64,000 nt of DNA from the human T2T-CHM13v2.0 reference genome, Homo sapiens. Under the pieces are notes generated by a model, which did not search any database, had not been told where the DNA came from, and saw only the letters and a list, made by a program, of their open reading frames with translations. The stretch lies in assembly GCF_009914755.1 (NCBI RefSeq), contig NC_060928.1, one strand, 5' to 3'. The position numbers were made by a program, and so were the translations under genes. This document shows, piece after piece, positions 43,256 to 57,412 of the stretch; the stretch's first letter is position 1, and every line of letters begins with the position of its first letter.

Positions 43256-44704
43256 CACTTGAACTTATATCTTCTAAGTAGAGTTTAAATTAGAGATTTT
43301 GATATTATACAGTCAACTTGTTCTTTGCAAAGAGGAAGGTTTTAAGTCTGGATGAACTCATTGGTTGTCCTAAGGTGATCGACATAAGCAAAACATTACC
43401 TTATTCTCTCTTATTCTGTGGTGCTGATAATCATACAAATCTTACTCCTGTAAGTCACCTAATAATTTTTCTCACACATGATCCTATCCCCTGTGAGCTT
43501 AGGAATACGTATTTTTGCAGAAATATATTCTATAGTTTCAAAGGCATATCTTCTAATCAGTAACAGTAGGGTGATCCACTCTGCAAAATGTGTTAAACTT
43601 ATCCACAATCCTCAATCTTACAACGTTTCTGTGACATTTCCTGCAGCTGAGCCAACACTTGGAGGCCACAGATGATCAATTATCAAAGTCCCTGCATCAT
43701 TTTCTCTGCATGGAGTCTGAGGCCAGGCCCTCCAAGCTAATTGGATTTTCCCACCTTTCCTCAGTGTCTGTGCTAGGAAGGATGACAGTGAAAACCAGAG
43801 AGTGGAGGAAAAATCAGCCCCTAGCCTTTTTTCTCCCAGTTTGAATCTAGTCCCATCCTTTGAAACTGATGTATAATCTTGATCCCCTCAGCTTCATCAT
43901 GGAAATCTCTAAATACCTTGGCCAGAGTTCCCATTGGATTCCTCCACTCCTGGATTTCTCAGATAGGAGAGATTATCTTCACTCTTGTTTGTGGACACAA
44001 ACATGGCCTGATTTTCCTGAGGAAAACATTTAAATGGAGAGAGAATTGATAAGAGGCAAAGAAATAAGGTGATGAAAAATTACAACAGGAGGCTTCATCC
44101 TGAGGTCATTGGAGGTCATCTTCCTGGGAGTGGATCAGTCAGGCTAGTTATGTGAACAGGCTCTAGTAGACATTAGGATAGCAAAGAGCAGAAGCAGCAG
44201 CGACCACTTGTGCAAATGCATCTTAATCCCACTTCTTCTCCGATATCCTAGCCTGTCTGCTTCATACTTCTCTCATGTCCACCACCTGACACAAGCCAAG
44301 CTGTGTCTCTAAGTGATGTTAAGGATCTTTTTGGGTTTATGGCCAGATACCCAAACTCTAATTTTTGGAGTGAAGGGGCATAAAGAGCAGGTTGTGTAGT
44401 TTTTCCTATCTGTATGTTATATAGATCTAGGGATTGGTTCTTGGGGCCAGAAATGGATTATAAGTCCTACCTAAGGCATCCAAGAAAAAATCTTTACAAA
44501 GGGTCAGTTGGAGACAAAGTCCTTAGATTATGTCATGAAAATTAGCAATAGGTATCTAGCCCAAAGAAGAGCATGGCTTGGATTACCTATTGCTGCGTAA
44601 CAACCCATACCAAGTGTAATGGTTTAAAGCAACACCAGCCACTTATTTTCCTTGTGAATCAGCAATTTGTTAAGAGTCATGTATTATGGGAGCTAGAGAA
44701 TAAG

Positions 44705-44902
44705 CTGCCTCTATAATTGTGTAAGCCATCTTTCAGAAATAACATCTATCCATCAATCTATCTTACCTATATTTAAACGTACCATTGGTTCTGTTTCTCT
44801 GAAGAACACTGATTAATACAGCATTTGATTGAGTCACTGTTTAATTCCAGGCCATAAATCATACTTTGGATGTCACTGAATATTCTGCCTATGGGTCAGA
44901 TG
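44705..44902. repeat. Inverted copy of 50998-51196
   Basis: Reverse complement aligns at roughly 90% identity, including both the MLT2 end and its flank. Confidence 0.92.
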
Positions 44903-44939
44903 CCCACACATCTTGACATGACTGGCGAGTAAGTGCTGG

Positions 44940-45353
44940 TGTTACGGGTTTAACTGTATCCCCCCAAAATTCATATGTTGAAGTCCTATCCTCCCCAGTA
45001 CTTGAAAAAGTGACCTTTGATGATCAAGTTTTTATAGAGGTAATCAAGTTAAAATAAAGTCATTAGGGTAGGTCCTAATCCCATATGTCTGATATCCTTA
45101 TATGAAGGGAAAATTTGAAAACAGACAAGTCCGGAGGAAAGACTGTGAAGACACAGGAGGAAGATGGCCATTGAGAAGCCAAGGAGCTTCTCAAGCCTGG
45201 ATCAGATGCTTTCTTCACGGTCCTCACAAGGAGCCAACACTCACCAAGCCTTGATCTCAAACTTCTAGCCTCCAGAACTGTGAGGCAAATTTGTGTTGTC
45301 TGACCTACCCAATTTGTGCTACTTTATTTTGGCAGTTGTATCAAACTAGCACA
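44940..45353 (+). mobile_element. MLT1B-type solo LTR
   Basis: TGTTACGGGTTTAACTGTATCCCCC...GAGGTAATCAAGTTAAAAT...AGCCTCCAGAACTGTGAG; TSD GCTGG/GCTAG. Confidence 0.88.
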
Positions 45354-45689
45354 GCTAGCTATTAGCGTCTCTGAACATGGGTCACTCCTAGGGTGACTTT
45401 AGCTTCCTCATAGCATGGTGGCTGTGTTTCAAAAATGAGCATTCCAAGAGCAAGGAAATGGAAACTGCCATTTCCTTTCACCTTGAGCCTGGAAACTGGC
45501 ATGGTGTCATTTCCTTTGTGTTCTATTAGTCAAAAATCAAAAGGCTGGATTCTACGGGAAGGAATATAAAGTGTACTTTTTAACGGAAGAAGCATCAGAT
45601 AATTTTGAGGACATGGGCAAAAACCGTCTCCAGAATTGAGACCAAGAGACAAAAGATGGAACACTTTGAATATTCCTCGTAAAAAATAA

Positions 45690-45930
45690 TAACTAACTCT
45701 TGTTGAATATTTACCATGCCCAAGGCTCTAGAAGCTTAAGTGCATTATTTCTTTCTACTCTCATCATGATCCTAAATAATCCTAATATAGATATTGTTGT
45801 TGTTATTCTCGAGCTGGAATCAGAAAGATTAAGAAACTTACTCAGGGTCACACAGCTAAGTAATCGTCAGAACTGTCATTTGAACCCAAAATATCTGATT
45901 TCTGCACCTGCGCTTTTAATGACTGCAATA
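45690..45930 (-). mobile_element. MIR
   Basis: AACTTACTCAGGGTCACACAGCTAAGTAA...ATTTGAACCCA. Confidence 0.7.
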
Positions 45931-46703
45931 CTGTCATATAGGTCTTGCAGGATTGATAGTGTAGAAGTTTCTGTGTTGGAGATAACTCCTACCTCAGCCC
46001 TTTAAACATGCACCTACTGGTTTTTAAGCTTCTCTTCCAAAACATGCTGCCCAGATTATCTAGTTTAAAAAGAAAATGCAACCCTCTTTTCATTTTTAAA
46101 TAAAGGGTAAGAATAAAATCTAGCAACTTCTATAAAACAGCCATAGATTTAAAAAGGATAGATATAGGCCAGATAAAAAAAGTTTGTTACTCTGAGAATA
46201 AACTCAAGTGCATTAAGTTTATAGGCACAAGCAGGAGAATAAATCAATTTAACTCTATATCCCATCATTCTTTACAGGTTTGTAACAAGATGTACTTTGT
46301 TAGATTTTAATCTGTCTACATTTGAGACAGCAAAGCTCTCCACAATCATCTTTTAATGGCATTGCAATTTATAGACAGTAACTAATTTCAAACTTCATAG
46401 CACTTGGCTTTTATGATTATTTCAAATCATTTAAATGCAAATGAATTTCCAGAGAGAGAAAACATCAAATGCCCTTGAGTGGCACCATGTAATAGAACCA
46501 TGCACGGAAGCCACTGTAAGAATCTGAAGCAGTTGGATAGGGTTGGGTGGTAAGACTGTATAAAAGTGTTTGCCTAAATCCAATTTACATTTCATTCCAC
46601 ATTATATTCTATTTACCCATTTTGTCATTTTAATACGACTTATTTACTTAATCCTCCTCTGAAATCCTATCCATTCTCCATTGCAAACGTAATATTTGAG
46701 TTA

Positions 46704-47171
<468 letters not shown>

Positions 47172-49452
47172 TCAAACAGAGCTTGTGTTTGCCTGAAGAC
47201 AAAGTAACATTTCCACCACAAAATTGCTAAGCAACAATATATACACAGTATCAGGACAAAGAAGGCTGGCCCCTATATGAACTCATTCTACCCTGATAGT
47301 TCACTAAAGCATTGGAAGCATCATGGCAATACACTTAGAGAAAAGCTGTGAGTAGCAATGTGCTCTTTAAAAAGGAGGAAAGATGATCATTCACTCCCTC
47401 AACTCTGCCCAGTATATGCCAAGCTCTGGGTTCAGCACTAGGAATACAGGTATCATCCTTGGTCTCTATAAGTTTAAACACAGTAGAAGAGAAAGATGCA
47501 GTTGAACAGCCATACACCAAGACTACACGGCACTGCAGGGCAGTGACTATCTCTAAGCATTAAAGAAAGTGGAGGTAAAGGAGACGGTAGGTAGTGTGGC
47601 AGATATTTCAGAGAACAGATTGATTGGATTGCCTGTTTTCACTTCCAGTTTTGGGGGCTTTTGCTTCATGATGCTCATCTCATCTAAGTTTTAACCATTT
47701 ATAATTAGTGGTTCTCTTGTAGAGTAGTGAATCAGCCCTGCAAACCCTGTATCTTGCAGTTTATCACAGGGCCCCACATATAGTAAGAACTTCATACAAT
47801 TTGTTGAACAAAGGAATCAAAGTTACTGTTTCTTTTCAAACATTTTAATCACCATGATAAGAATTGGCTTTCGTGCCAGTCACGTGATCACCTATGCACT
47901 CACCACTTCTCTACATTTGAAGGTGCTGGACTTTCTGTTGGGGTCACTGCTCCCATTCTTTTCTATGTGGTCCATAAAAGCCTAGTTGAAAACTTTGGTT
48001 TTATCATAAGAACTGACCTGACAATGATGTAATGATCTCCCTACCTCTGAATTTGTACAACATGAGTTATCATTTTCATGGATTTCAATGCAAAATTGGT
48101 GTGCCATTCTTGGCTACAAGAAATGTGTGTTTGTGTATCTGTGCAAGTGTATGTGTGTATGATTGGCATGGAATTCTTTATGAAACTGTTTAAAATACAC
48201 ACTATGTCTTTTATGCCATGTTCTCCACTGTGTAGCATAGAGTGCAAACCTCAAAGAATAGAATTTCCGAGCCTTTATATTCTAGACGATAATACGATCC
48301 CCTGAACATGAGCCATTGTTTTGCATTTTCAGGGGAGCTAAATAAGCACGAAGTACCACGTCCAGCACCAAACAGCAGGTGCACAGAGGAAGACCCAGAA
48401 TTTGTTTTCCTCACTTCTAGTCTCTTCTTGTTTTCATGCTTCCATGTTGCCATTCTTAAATGCACAATAAAGAGTCATATAAAAGATGAGAATTTGAAGC
48501 AAACGAAATCCATAGCTGATACCCTAGCTCTTCAAGATCAGTTCTTTTCCTGATCTGTGCCTCCATCTTCTCCCCTCCAAGATAAAAAGTCTGGATTAGG
48601 GGCTTTCTCAATCCTCTTACAACCCAAAAGTTTCAGTATCCATTTTCTGAGTTGATGGTTTTTGCTGCCTGGGAGAATTTGGAAATTGAACATTGTGATA
48701 TGTATATATAACAAACTTTTATTCCTCATATTACAGTGTAATGACCTTTTTACATCAATTTATGACAAAAAATGAACTAGGCAAGAAATACAGTATGCAG
48801 ATATCACTCCCAATCTTTCCTAAGAAGCTTAGAATTCAATTAGATAGAATGACAAGTGAAACCAAAATTACAGGGAGAAAATGAGTCACCAATCAAGGAA
48901 CATAGAGCCCACAGGCAGATTCATTGAGTGCTATGTGAGTATTAGCACAAATCTCTCCATTAATTTGATAAGAATTTCAGAAGAGTTTCCAGCATAATAT
49001 TTGAAAAAATTGTGAGAGAAAATTAGTTAGATACCAAAAGTGATTCATTTGGGGCCACAGGACATAAAGGGTGGAAAAGAATAACGGTTAAGTGCATCGA
49101 CTTTGGAGTCATTGAGATCTGAGTTTAAATCTTAACTCTACCACTTTGATGTGAAACTTGGATCAAGTTATTAAACATTTGTAAGCCTCAATACAATTAT
49201 ATGCAGGCAAAGGTAAATAAAAATATTTTTTCTCAAGTTCTTTGTGTCTGGTTTCAATGATGTAATTTGTGTAGCCTCCAGGGAATAGTAAGTGTTCAAT
49301 AAACTCAATATCACAGGAGATCAATATTTATTAAATTGAGTTCACACAGTTTTAGGAAGCTATATTGCCAAGGTAATTATGTTAATAAGCCAAGAATATT
49401 GGAGATAGAATGAAGCCAGAAAAAAAATTTTGAATAGTAATTGTCATTAATA

Positions 49453-49775
49453 TTTGCAGGGACATGATCGGAGCCAGAGGCCATTATCCTTAGCAAACTA
49501 ACACAGGAAAAGAAAACCAAACACTCTATGTTCTCACTCATAAGTGGGAGCTAAGTGATGAGAACACATGGACACAGACAGGGAACAACACATACTGGGG
49601 CCTTTTGGAGGGTGGAGGGTTGGAGGAGGGAGAGGAGCAGGAAAAATAACTAATGGGTACTAGGCTTCACACCTGGGTGATGAAATAATCTGTACAAAAA
49701 ACTTCCATGACACAAGTTTACATATGTAACAAACCTGCACTTGTACCCCTGAACTTAAAATAAAAGTTAAAAAAA
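49453..49775 (+). mobile_element. L1PA15/16-like 3' end
   Basis: GGCCATTATCCTTAGCAAACTAACACAGG...GAAAAATAACTAATGGGTACTAGGCTT. Confidence 0.9.
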
Positions 49776-50245
49776 TGCAAAGTGCTTAGGAAACTCTCTT
49801 TAGTGCTTATCTCATTGAAAAGTATTAGAAGCTCTTTAAGTGACCAGAGAAGGGCTTGTGCTTCTTACTTTAGAGATGAGGAAATTAAGTAACTTGTTCA
49901 CAGTCACCTACTTACAGAGAAGTGGAGCTGGTTCTCATATACATAATATTCTAAGTACCCAAATCCCCAAAAAAAAAAAATGCCTCACACTTTGTGTCAG
50001 GAGACTTCAAGTAAAAAGCAAGGGTTAGATTTAAATATGAGGCCAATAAGGGTCATATAGAAGACCTAGAAGAGAAGAGATGTTACGTTATTAGATGATA
50101 AGCATGGGACAAGTTGACACAAAGTACAGGTCTAAAGTAGAGACTAGAACAGAATGGAAAAGAAAGACATGTTAAGAAGCCCTTCCCATGGAAAGGAACA
50201 CTTGGTTGTGATCTCAATGTGGGGACTGGAACTTTTTATTCTTTA

Positions 50246-50345
50246 TCTGGAGTATGGCTATACAGATGTTCTGGAGGATGGCTATACATATGTCTGAAGT
50301 ATGGCTGAATAAATGCTCTGGAGTATGGCTGTACCTATGTTGGAG
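50246..50345. repeat. Degenerate 23-24 bp minisatellite, ~4 units
   Basis: TCTGGAGTATGGCTATACAGATGT-like units at 50246, 50270, 50293 and 50317. Confidence 0.85.
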
Positions 50346-51080
50346 CACCTGCTTTATCCCTGCTCCAGAATAAAGGTTCTTATCCTGATTTGGGATAGAA
50401 AAAGGACAGTCCCAATCCCTTGCCTCCTTCTTATGGGGTATCCTACTACAGGCTAGACACTGACTCAGGAGCTAGAAGTGCAGTAATGACAGGTTAACCC
50501 TGTTCAGGTTGTCAGGACACAGTAGAGTCAAATAAGGAAAAAGGCAAATCTAATAAAGTGGCAAAATATTAGAACAGAGGAAAGCACAGGGTTATCTGGG
50601 ATTGAAATGGAAGGCTTCTGCACAGGGATAGAAGCAGAGAAAACCATCCTTGACCAGTAAGGAAAGAACTGGGTCTCAAGATGAGCACGAGATCAGCATG
50701 GGAGGAAAATGAAAGAAGCAGCTGTGAGAAGAAAGGGTGCTCCAGTAAGTAATCCAATAAGTAAGATTGCACAGCCCATGCCAGAGCATCACAGTGTTGA
50801 GGGGTGGGCATATCAAGATTATCCACCCATCCCCCTGCCTGTACCAGGAAAGCCACCTAATTAGGGATGTAATTGTTCCCGCTCCACCCTTCCCTTCTTC
50901 TAAATATACTTTCTCCATCTGTGGTGAGAAACAGCCACTGTATTTGGTACCACATAGCTTGATCTCAGCTAGCCACAGCCATGTAGACAAGCGTGCACAT
51001 CTGACCCACAGGCAGAATATTCAATGACATCGAAAGTATGACTTATGGCCTGGAATTTTAAAAATTATTCAATCAAATGC

Positions 51081-51658
51081 TGTATTAATCAGTGTTCTTC
51101 AGATAAACAGAACCAATAGTACATTTAAATACAGGTAGGATAGATTGATGGATAGATGTTAATTCTGAAAGATGGCTCACACAATTACAGAGGCAGAGAA
51201 GTCCCACCATATGCTGTCTGCACTCTGAAGGTTCAGAAAAGCTGGTGATGTAGTTCCAGTTCAAATCCAAAGCCTGAGAATCAGAGCAGACAGTGATGTC
51301 AGTCCCAGTTCAAATCCAAAGCCTGAGAATCAGAGCAGACAGTGATGTCAGTCCCAGTTCAAGTCTGGAGGCCCTGGAACTGGGACACTGGTGTCCAAGG
51401 ACAGAAGAAGATGGATATCCCAGCTCAAGAAGAAACAGAAGATTTCTCCTTCCTTTATCTTTTTGTTCTATTAGAGCCTTCATTGGATTGAATGATGCCC
51501 CTTACATTGGTGAAGGTGGATCTTTTTCACTCAGTTTACTGATTCAAATGCTAATCTCTTCCAGAAACACTCTCACAGACATACCCAGACATAACGTTCT
51601 ACCAGTTACCAGAGCATCCCTTAGCCCAGTCAAGTTGACATCTAAAATTAACAACATA
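51081..51658 (-). mobile_element. MLT2 (B/D-like) solo LTR
   Basis: TGTATTAATCAGTGTTCTTCAGATAAACAGAACCAATAG...CCCAGTCAAGTTGACATCTAAAATTAAC. Confidence 0.88.
51256..51362. repeat. Perfect 49-bp tandem duplication
   Basis: CCAGTTCAAATCCAAAGCCTGAGAATCAGAGCAGACAGTGATGTCAGTC twice, then CCAGTTCAA. Confidence 0.97.
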
Positions 51659-52444
51659 GGTGATCCACTTATTAATTATAATGGGAAAAAAGAGACACAA
51701 ATGTAAACGGTAATATGAGAAAAAGCAAAAAAAAAAAAAAGACTATCTAGAATTACCAGTAGAAAGCATAAGAGATGTAGGTAGACAAGTAGACAAAGCC
51801 ATAGGTCAGACATAGTTAGCAGGGAGAAAGGAACACAAACAATTAAAGAAACTAAGCTGGTAGAGAGATGAAAGTAAAAATATAAGCAATGACAGATGTC
51901 AAAGCTTCATGCAAGAGAGAAGTCTACTTTCTTGGTCCCTGTTATTGTTTTTTGGCATTATATGCTATTTGAGATGTAGTAAAAAAAAAAAAAAAAAAAG
52001 GATGATAACAGCAGGTAATTCTGAGTCAGCATTTTTGACAGTCTTCTAATCAGAATCCATATTTTGAATGTAGACTAAACCACCTCAAAAAGGGTATTTA
52101 TCTAGTGATGTGAAAAAAAAACAAATAAATGAATAGGAAGCAAATAATTTAAGTAAAAAGATTAATATCTAATTTGTCTCCAACCTTTCTGGCAGCCAGA
52201 GCAAAAAGAAAAACCATGGTGAGTTACTAAATTTTATTGTCACAGTAAGAAAAGTCTCAATGGCCCAGAGGAGTTGAGACAGGATAGGAAAAGTCTCATT
52301 TCAAACTTCAAAATGAATTTCCACATGGGTCATTCTACTAGGGTTACTCTTCAGTACAGCAGCCACTCTCCTCCATGATAATTTCAGAGTAAATTCAAAA
52401 ATGGTTTTCAAATGATGCATAGTCTTAAGTCATAATTAATTGAA

Positions 52445-52710
52445 AGAGGCCCTGCAAGGGCCTCATGTGATCTGGCTTTGCAACCCTCTGTGGCCATATC
52501 TGGAACCCAGTGCACTCTGAATACCAGGCAAACTCTCACTTCATCTCTTCCATGCTTCCTCTCATTTTCCACAACCCAGGGACATGTGAACAATAGAATA
52601 TAACTTTCAAGGGTGCAAGACATTTTGTCTGCTTTGTTAACTGCTGAATGACCGTCACCTAGAATAGAACATTGTACATAGTTGGAACTGAGTAGATACG
52701 TGTTTATTTA
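52445..52710 (+). mobile_element. L2 fragment
   Basis: GGCCTGCAAGGGCCTCATGTGATCTGGC...TTGTCTGCTTTGTTAACTGCTG...CCTAGAATAG. Confidence 0.6.
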
Positions 52711-55700
52711 GTGTGGACTGACTCATTTCAATCTCAATCTATAAATTATAATAGGTTCCCTTTACTAAATATGCTATCGAATGTTTTTCACTTGTTGTTG
52801 AAACCACATCCTTGAAGCTGGCCTTACTAGAAGACTATAAACTCATTGAGGGTAGTACTTCTTACTGTCTTATGGTATCCCCAGACTTGGTGCAGGATCC
52901 TGCATTTAGAAGATGTTCAGTACATCGATGGTGAATGATTGATGATAGGAAGGAATGACTCATGAGTCATAAGTTGTATCATGTAATGCACGTCTAAATG
53001 CAATATTTTTAGGGAACTTAAAGAGGATGGAAGGATTGCAGAATGATTGAAAGTAAGAGGAGAGAAATAGCAAATGATGGAGGAAGAGGGTAACAAGGAC
53101 AGGTAAAACAGGTTAAGAACCAGAGCATGGCTGCTGATGCTGAGAAGGAGGGTGATCCCATACATATCATCTCATTTGATCTTCCTAACAGGAAGAGTTA
53201 TAGCTGGAGCTTGTAGGTAAAGAGACTAATAATTTAAGGGTCTAAGTAGGATATATTCAACGGATTAAATTGAAGATATGATTTTAACTATGATTGTTAA
53301 ACTTTATGCCAAAGAGCCTCTGAGTCTTCCCACTGGTATGGCTAGCTCAGGGCCACCTGGCCCACCCACCCATTCTGCAGATAAGGGAGAAGGTGCAGCG
53401 AGATCTCATGAGTTATCCAAATTTGTCCAAATGGCTGTTAAGTGTTGCAAGAAACTGCAAAACAGTGACACTAAAGAGGGCTCCTCAATTTTCTCAAATG
53501 AAATCCTTTAAATGTGTGTGGTATCACAGCAGGGACTGATCAGGGTGAGAGTAGGGGAAGCAAAGGAGTTTGCTGTTTCCACTATCTGCACTTTCTCTTC
53601 AGAGTGGCCATGCCAATCCTGGGGGACATGCTGAAGCCAAGGGCTTGGTGAGTGTGATTATCCTCTCCCTCTGCTAATTAACCCCTGCAACTGACCCCAA
53701 AGAAAAGGCCCGAGGGAAGCCAAGGGTCAGATCAGCCAAAGGCCAAGATAATAAGGCTGACCTTTGAAGAGGCAATCAGACTTGCATAGTGATTTGTAAA
53801 GAGGGTAGGCCTGTCTTACAAAGGTCAGCTACCTCTTCTGAGCAGAAATGGCACCCTAAGCATCTAACAACGAGTGAAGGCTGCAGGGGCCCTAACAGGT
53901 GGGTCCATGTGACACTGGTGAGCCAGGTGGCTGTCGTACACTGACACCCTGCTGGAGCCCCATACAGGAATCTGACAGAATGAAACTTCCCTCAATAAAA
54001 AGACTTAGAAACTTCCTCCAGGTAAATATATACACTGGATTCAAGAAGATAAACACAAAGGTGCTATGCCTAGAAACAGTGGCACCTCCTGAAAAATACA
54101 ATTATTCTATCACATAGCACACTACTCATTTTCCTAAACGTAGAGTGCAGCAGTCTTGGCTTTCTGTGTGTAATAAAGTTTATTTTCCAAGGAAAAGCTT
54201 ACTACCAACACCAATCTATCAAACAAAATCTGAGTGCTATTAACTGAAACAGGATGGGGACAAGACATTTCCTTCAAGCCCCTTTTGCCCACAGCTGCCT
54301 CAGAAGCACCTCGAATGGACTGAATTTAAAACTAAAAACAAAAACTACTGGTGTAATAAAAAGGATTTCAATTGCATACTTGCTTAAGGGATGATTTGCT
54401 TAATGTCTGTCTGTCCCACTGTACTATTACCTTCCCAAGGGCATAAATTGATCTGCTTTTCTCAATGTCGCATTGCCACCACCTAGCACAGAGGTCAAAA
54501 CAAGGCTTGAGATGGTGTGTGGGAAAGTGCTTTGTAAATTCTAAAAAACTAAAAGGCTACAGCTAGAAAGGAGTAGTCTCAATTCACTCATCAGAATCTA
54601 TTTCAGGAAGCAATTATGTTCAGTCAAGTTGAAAGTGTTCTCTCAGTAAGTTCACTGGCTCCCAACAAACAAACAGAGAATTATTGTTTGACTGATGCCT
54701 GACAGACACTTGAAATGACTCCCAAGCCTATTGTTGCTTGTCATCATTTTAAAAATGCCCATCCCTCTCTCACTAGCTCCATGTCCCACAACTCATTGTT
54801 TGCGAGGCATCCATTGTCTCCAAGTTTCTATCTCGAACACCTGCATTAGCTCCTTTCAAATGGCCGCACAACAGCAGAATATAATTGCACTTTCATCTTC
54901 CTTAGGTATCATGTCTAAAGAAAAATCTGTGGTGGGCCTATTCTTCTGATTAGATGGGCATGCCAACAAAAAAATAAATTGAACCTCTGTCTTTCTGTGA
55001 AATCCAATATTTCACAATATACTATTTGACACAGCTCTGACTGCACTGATCTGAAAGGGAGCATTGTAGCACACGGAGAGAATGTTCACCTTTTACTATG
55101 TTACATGGATAAAGAGTGGTTTAAAGGCCCCAAATATAAACAATGTATTGAGCCTTCCTTGCTGATAAGTTGACATACTAGGTGTCAAGTAAATATTAAG
55201 AAAATGTTTTGCTCAAAGTTACATAATGAGGATGACCTATAATGCTTGCAAAGTACCTCATAGGTTATGAGTCATGAGGTGTGGACTGGGGAATCCAGCA
55301 AACAGGACTCCCTGCGTAGTGGGGAGAACTACACTCCCACCAATTCAGCCTGTGGTCATTCTTTTCCTAGCAGCACCTTCTACCCAGAGATAACAAAGAA
55401 GTCTTCATACGGAAGAAAATGCTTAAGGGTAGACTTGCAGGACCAGCTGACTTCACCTGGTAGCACCTGGAAAAGACCTTCCAAGCAGAAGGACTAGCAC
55501 TCAAATGAGCAAGCACAGACCTCTCTGGCCTCTGGTTTTCCTATAATCCTCCGAAAGGAGCACAAGGATGGAATATTTTACCAAGACCTGTCTACTGCAC
55601 AAAAACATGGGACTATAGTGGTTGGAACCAGCAGTGCTGGTTTCAACCCTTCACTCTTTTGCTGGTAGATGGAAAGCACATGATCAGCTAAATCCTCAGC

Positions 55701-56656
55701 TATTTTTTAGTGAACAGCTGCCCAGTCAGGAGTCTCTTCTTGCACTTACGAAATGAGTTTGTAACCTTTTCTCGTGCGCAATTTCACTTTTACTGTTTTT
55801 TTGTTTTGGTTTCATTTGGTTTGGTTTTTGCCTCAGCGTCCATACCTCTGAATATTATTTTAATCGCATATCCTTTGTTAATCATATGAGCTACGAATCC
55901 CTCCCTATTATGCCTGTTAGCAAACTTCACAAGGAACCTGCTTTTATCTTTGTGTATATCCTTTATAAAAATGTTGGTCAAAAAGAGATCAGGACATTCC
56001 CATGATGGTACAGGAGAGGACTCACTTGGGATCATGCAGACTCATTCATTAGAGGTGTCTACATAGGATTGATCTACCATCTTTGATTATGATTTTAATC
56101 ATTACTCTTTAGTCACAAGATTTTTGCCAACACAATGCAGCACAGTGAAAAAAATCATTGAAGAATGAGACAAGATCTAAATTTGAATTTTTACTCTGTT
56201 ACTCTCTGTACAAATATAGCATGGCATTTTTCTGCAAGTCTCAGCTTTCTAGTCTCTAAAATGGGGGTAAAAATGCCTTCCTCTGATGAGTGGTCTGAAA
56301 ATGTAATTCACTGACTCTGAATACCTGGAGTCTAACAGGTCCACAAGCACATAAATGGCTGATGATGCTCCTGCTGATGCCCTTAATGGTTCAGGCCTAA
56401 AAATAAACATTGCTTCTTTCTATTTCCAGGTTTTGGATAAATGAGAATATTTTCTTCTAGCACTTGCTTATTCCCACTGGGAATTGTCTCAGTGACTCTT
56501 TTCACAACATCTTCTATCTTGCAGTAACAGAGGTTCAAGCTCAGCTCCACTTATGAATCATATGCAACCTTGGACAAATTGTTTCCCCTTCTTTAAACTT
56601 TATTTTTCTTATCTGGAGAGTGAACATAATATTATCTACTTTGCAGCATGGTTAGG

Positions 56657-56998
56657 TGTTATTTGTTCATGCTGCTACAACAAAGCACCATAGACTGAGT
56701 GGCTTATAACAGAAATGTATTTCTCACGGTTCTGGAGGCTAGAAGTCCAACATCAAGTTTCTAGCATGGCTGGGTTCTGCTGAGGGCCCTCTGCTGACTT
56801 CTCCTTTTATACTCACATGGCAGAAAAAAATAGTGAGCTAGCCCTCTGGTCACTTCTTACAAGGATACTAATCTCATTGACCAGGGCTCTACCCTCATGA
56901 CCTAATTGCCTCTCAAAGGCTCCACCTTCAAACAATATCACATTGGAAATTAAGATTTCAATAAACTTTAAGGGAACATGGACTTTCAGTCCATAACG
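56657..56998 (-). mobile_element. MLT1A-type LTR inserted in a MIR
   Basis: GCTGCTACAACAAAGCACCATAGACTGAGTGGCTTATAAC...GTTCTGGAGGCTAGAAGTCCAA...TTCAGTCCATAAC. Confidence 0.88.
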
Positions 56999-57412
56999 GG
57001 AGGACAACATGAGACAGTCCAGACAGGACACATACAAAGTAGTAGCTTCTATTAAGAAAATGGCCTCTGAACCAATGGCTCTTCTAGTGACTTCTGCCAA
57101 ATCAGTGAAGCCCTTTTTAAACATGTAACTAATAAATTGAACTGATTCTTACTGATCATTTGCCGTGTGCAAGGTATTGTAGAGAAAAGCAAAATGGAAA
57201 CTATGCCCTTAAGGAATAGCTATTCTCCTATATGGTGATGTTTGCCACTGTAAGTATACTTCAGTCAAGGTATGAGAGGTGATTGCCATGAGAGAGGTAA
57301 AGGCAAGAGACTGTGAGATTGCAGAGGATGGGAGAGAAGCCCTCTAGTTGGATAAGGCCATGAAGTTTCCTTGTACAGAAAGACTTTAAACCTGCCCTTA
57401 AAAAGCAAGCAA

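Larger units (their letters stand above)
44580..45632 (-). mobile_element. MLT1F/G-like LTR hosting two insertions
   Basis: CTATTGCTGCGTAACAA...GGTTTAAAGCAACA on the left; GCTTCCTCATAGCATGGTGGCTG...GCATTCCAAGAG on the right. Confidence 0.65.

Noticed and set aside
44670-44704. Possible donor of the filler at ~48331-48347
   Set aside because: The match GGGAGCTA..AATAAGC is short and gapped, so not convincing.
50246-50345. CRISPR-like array
   Set aside because: Units are contiguous without unique spacers, there are no cas genes, and the context is primate.
51293-51706. 137-aa ORF
   Set aside because: Lies almost entirely within an MLT2 LTR; chance open frame.
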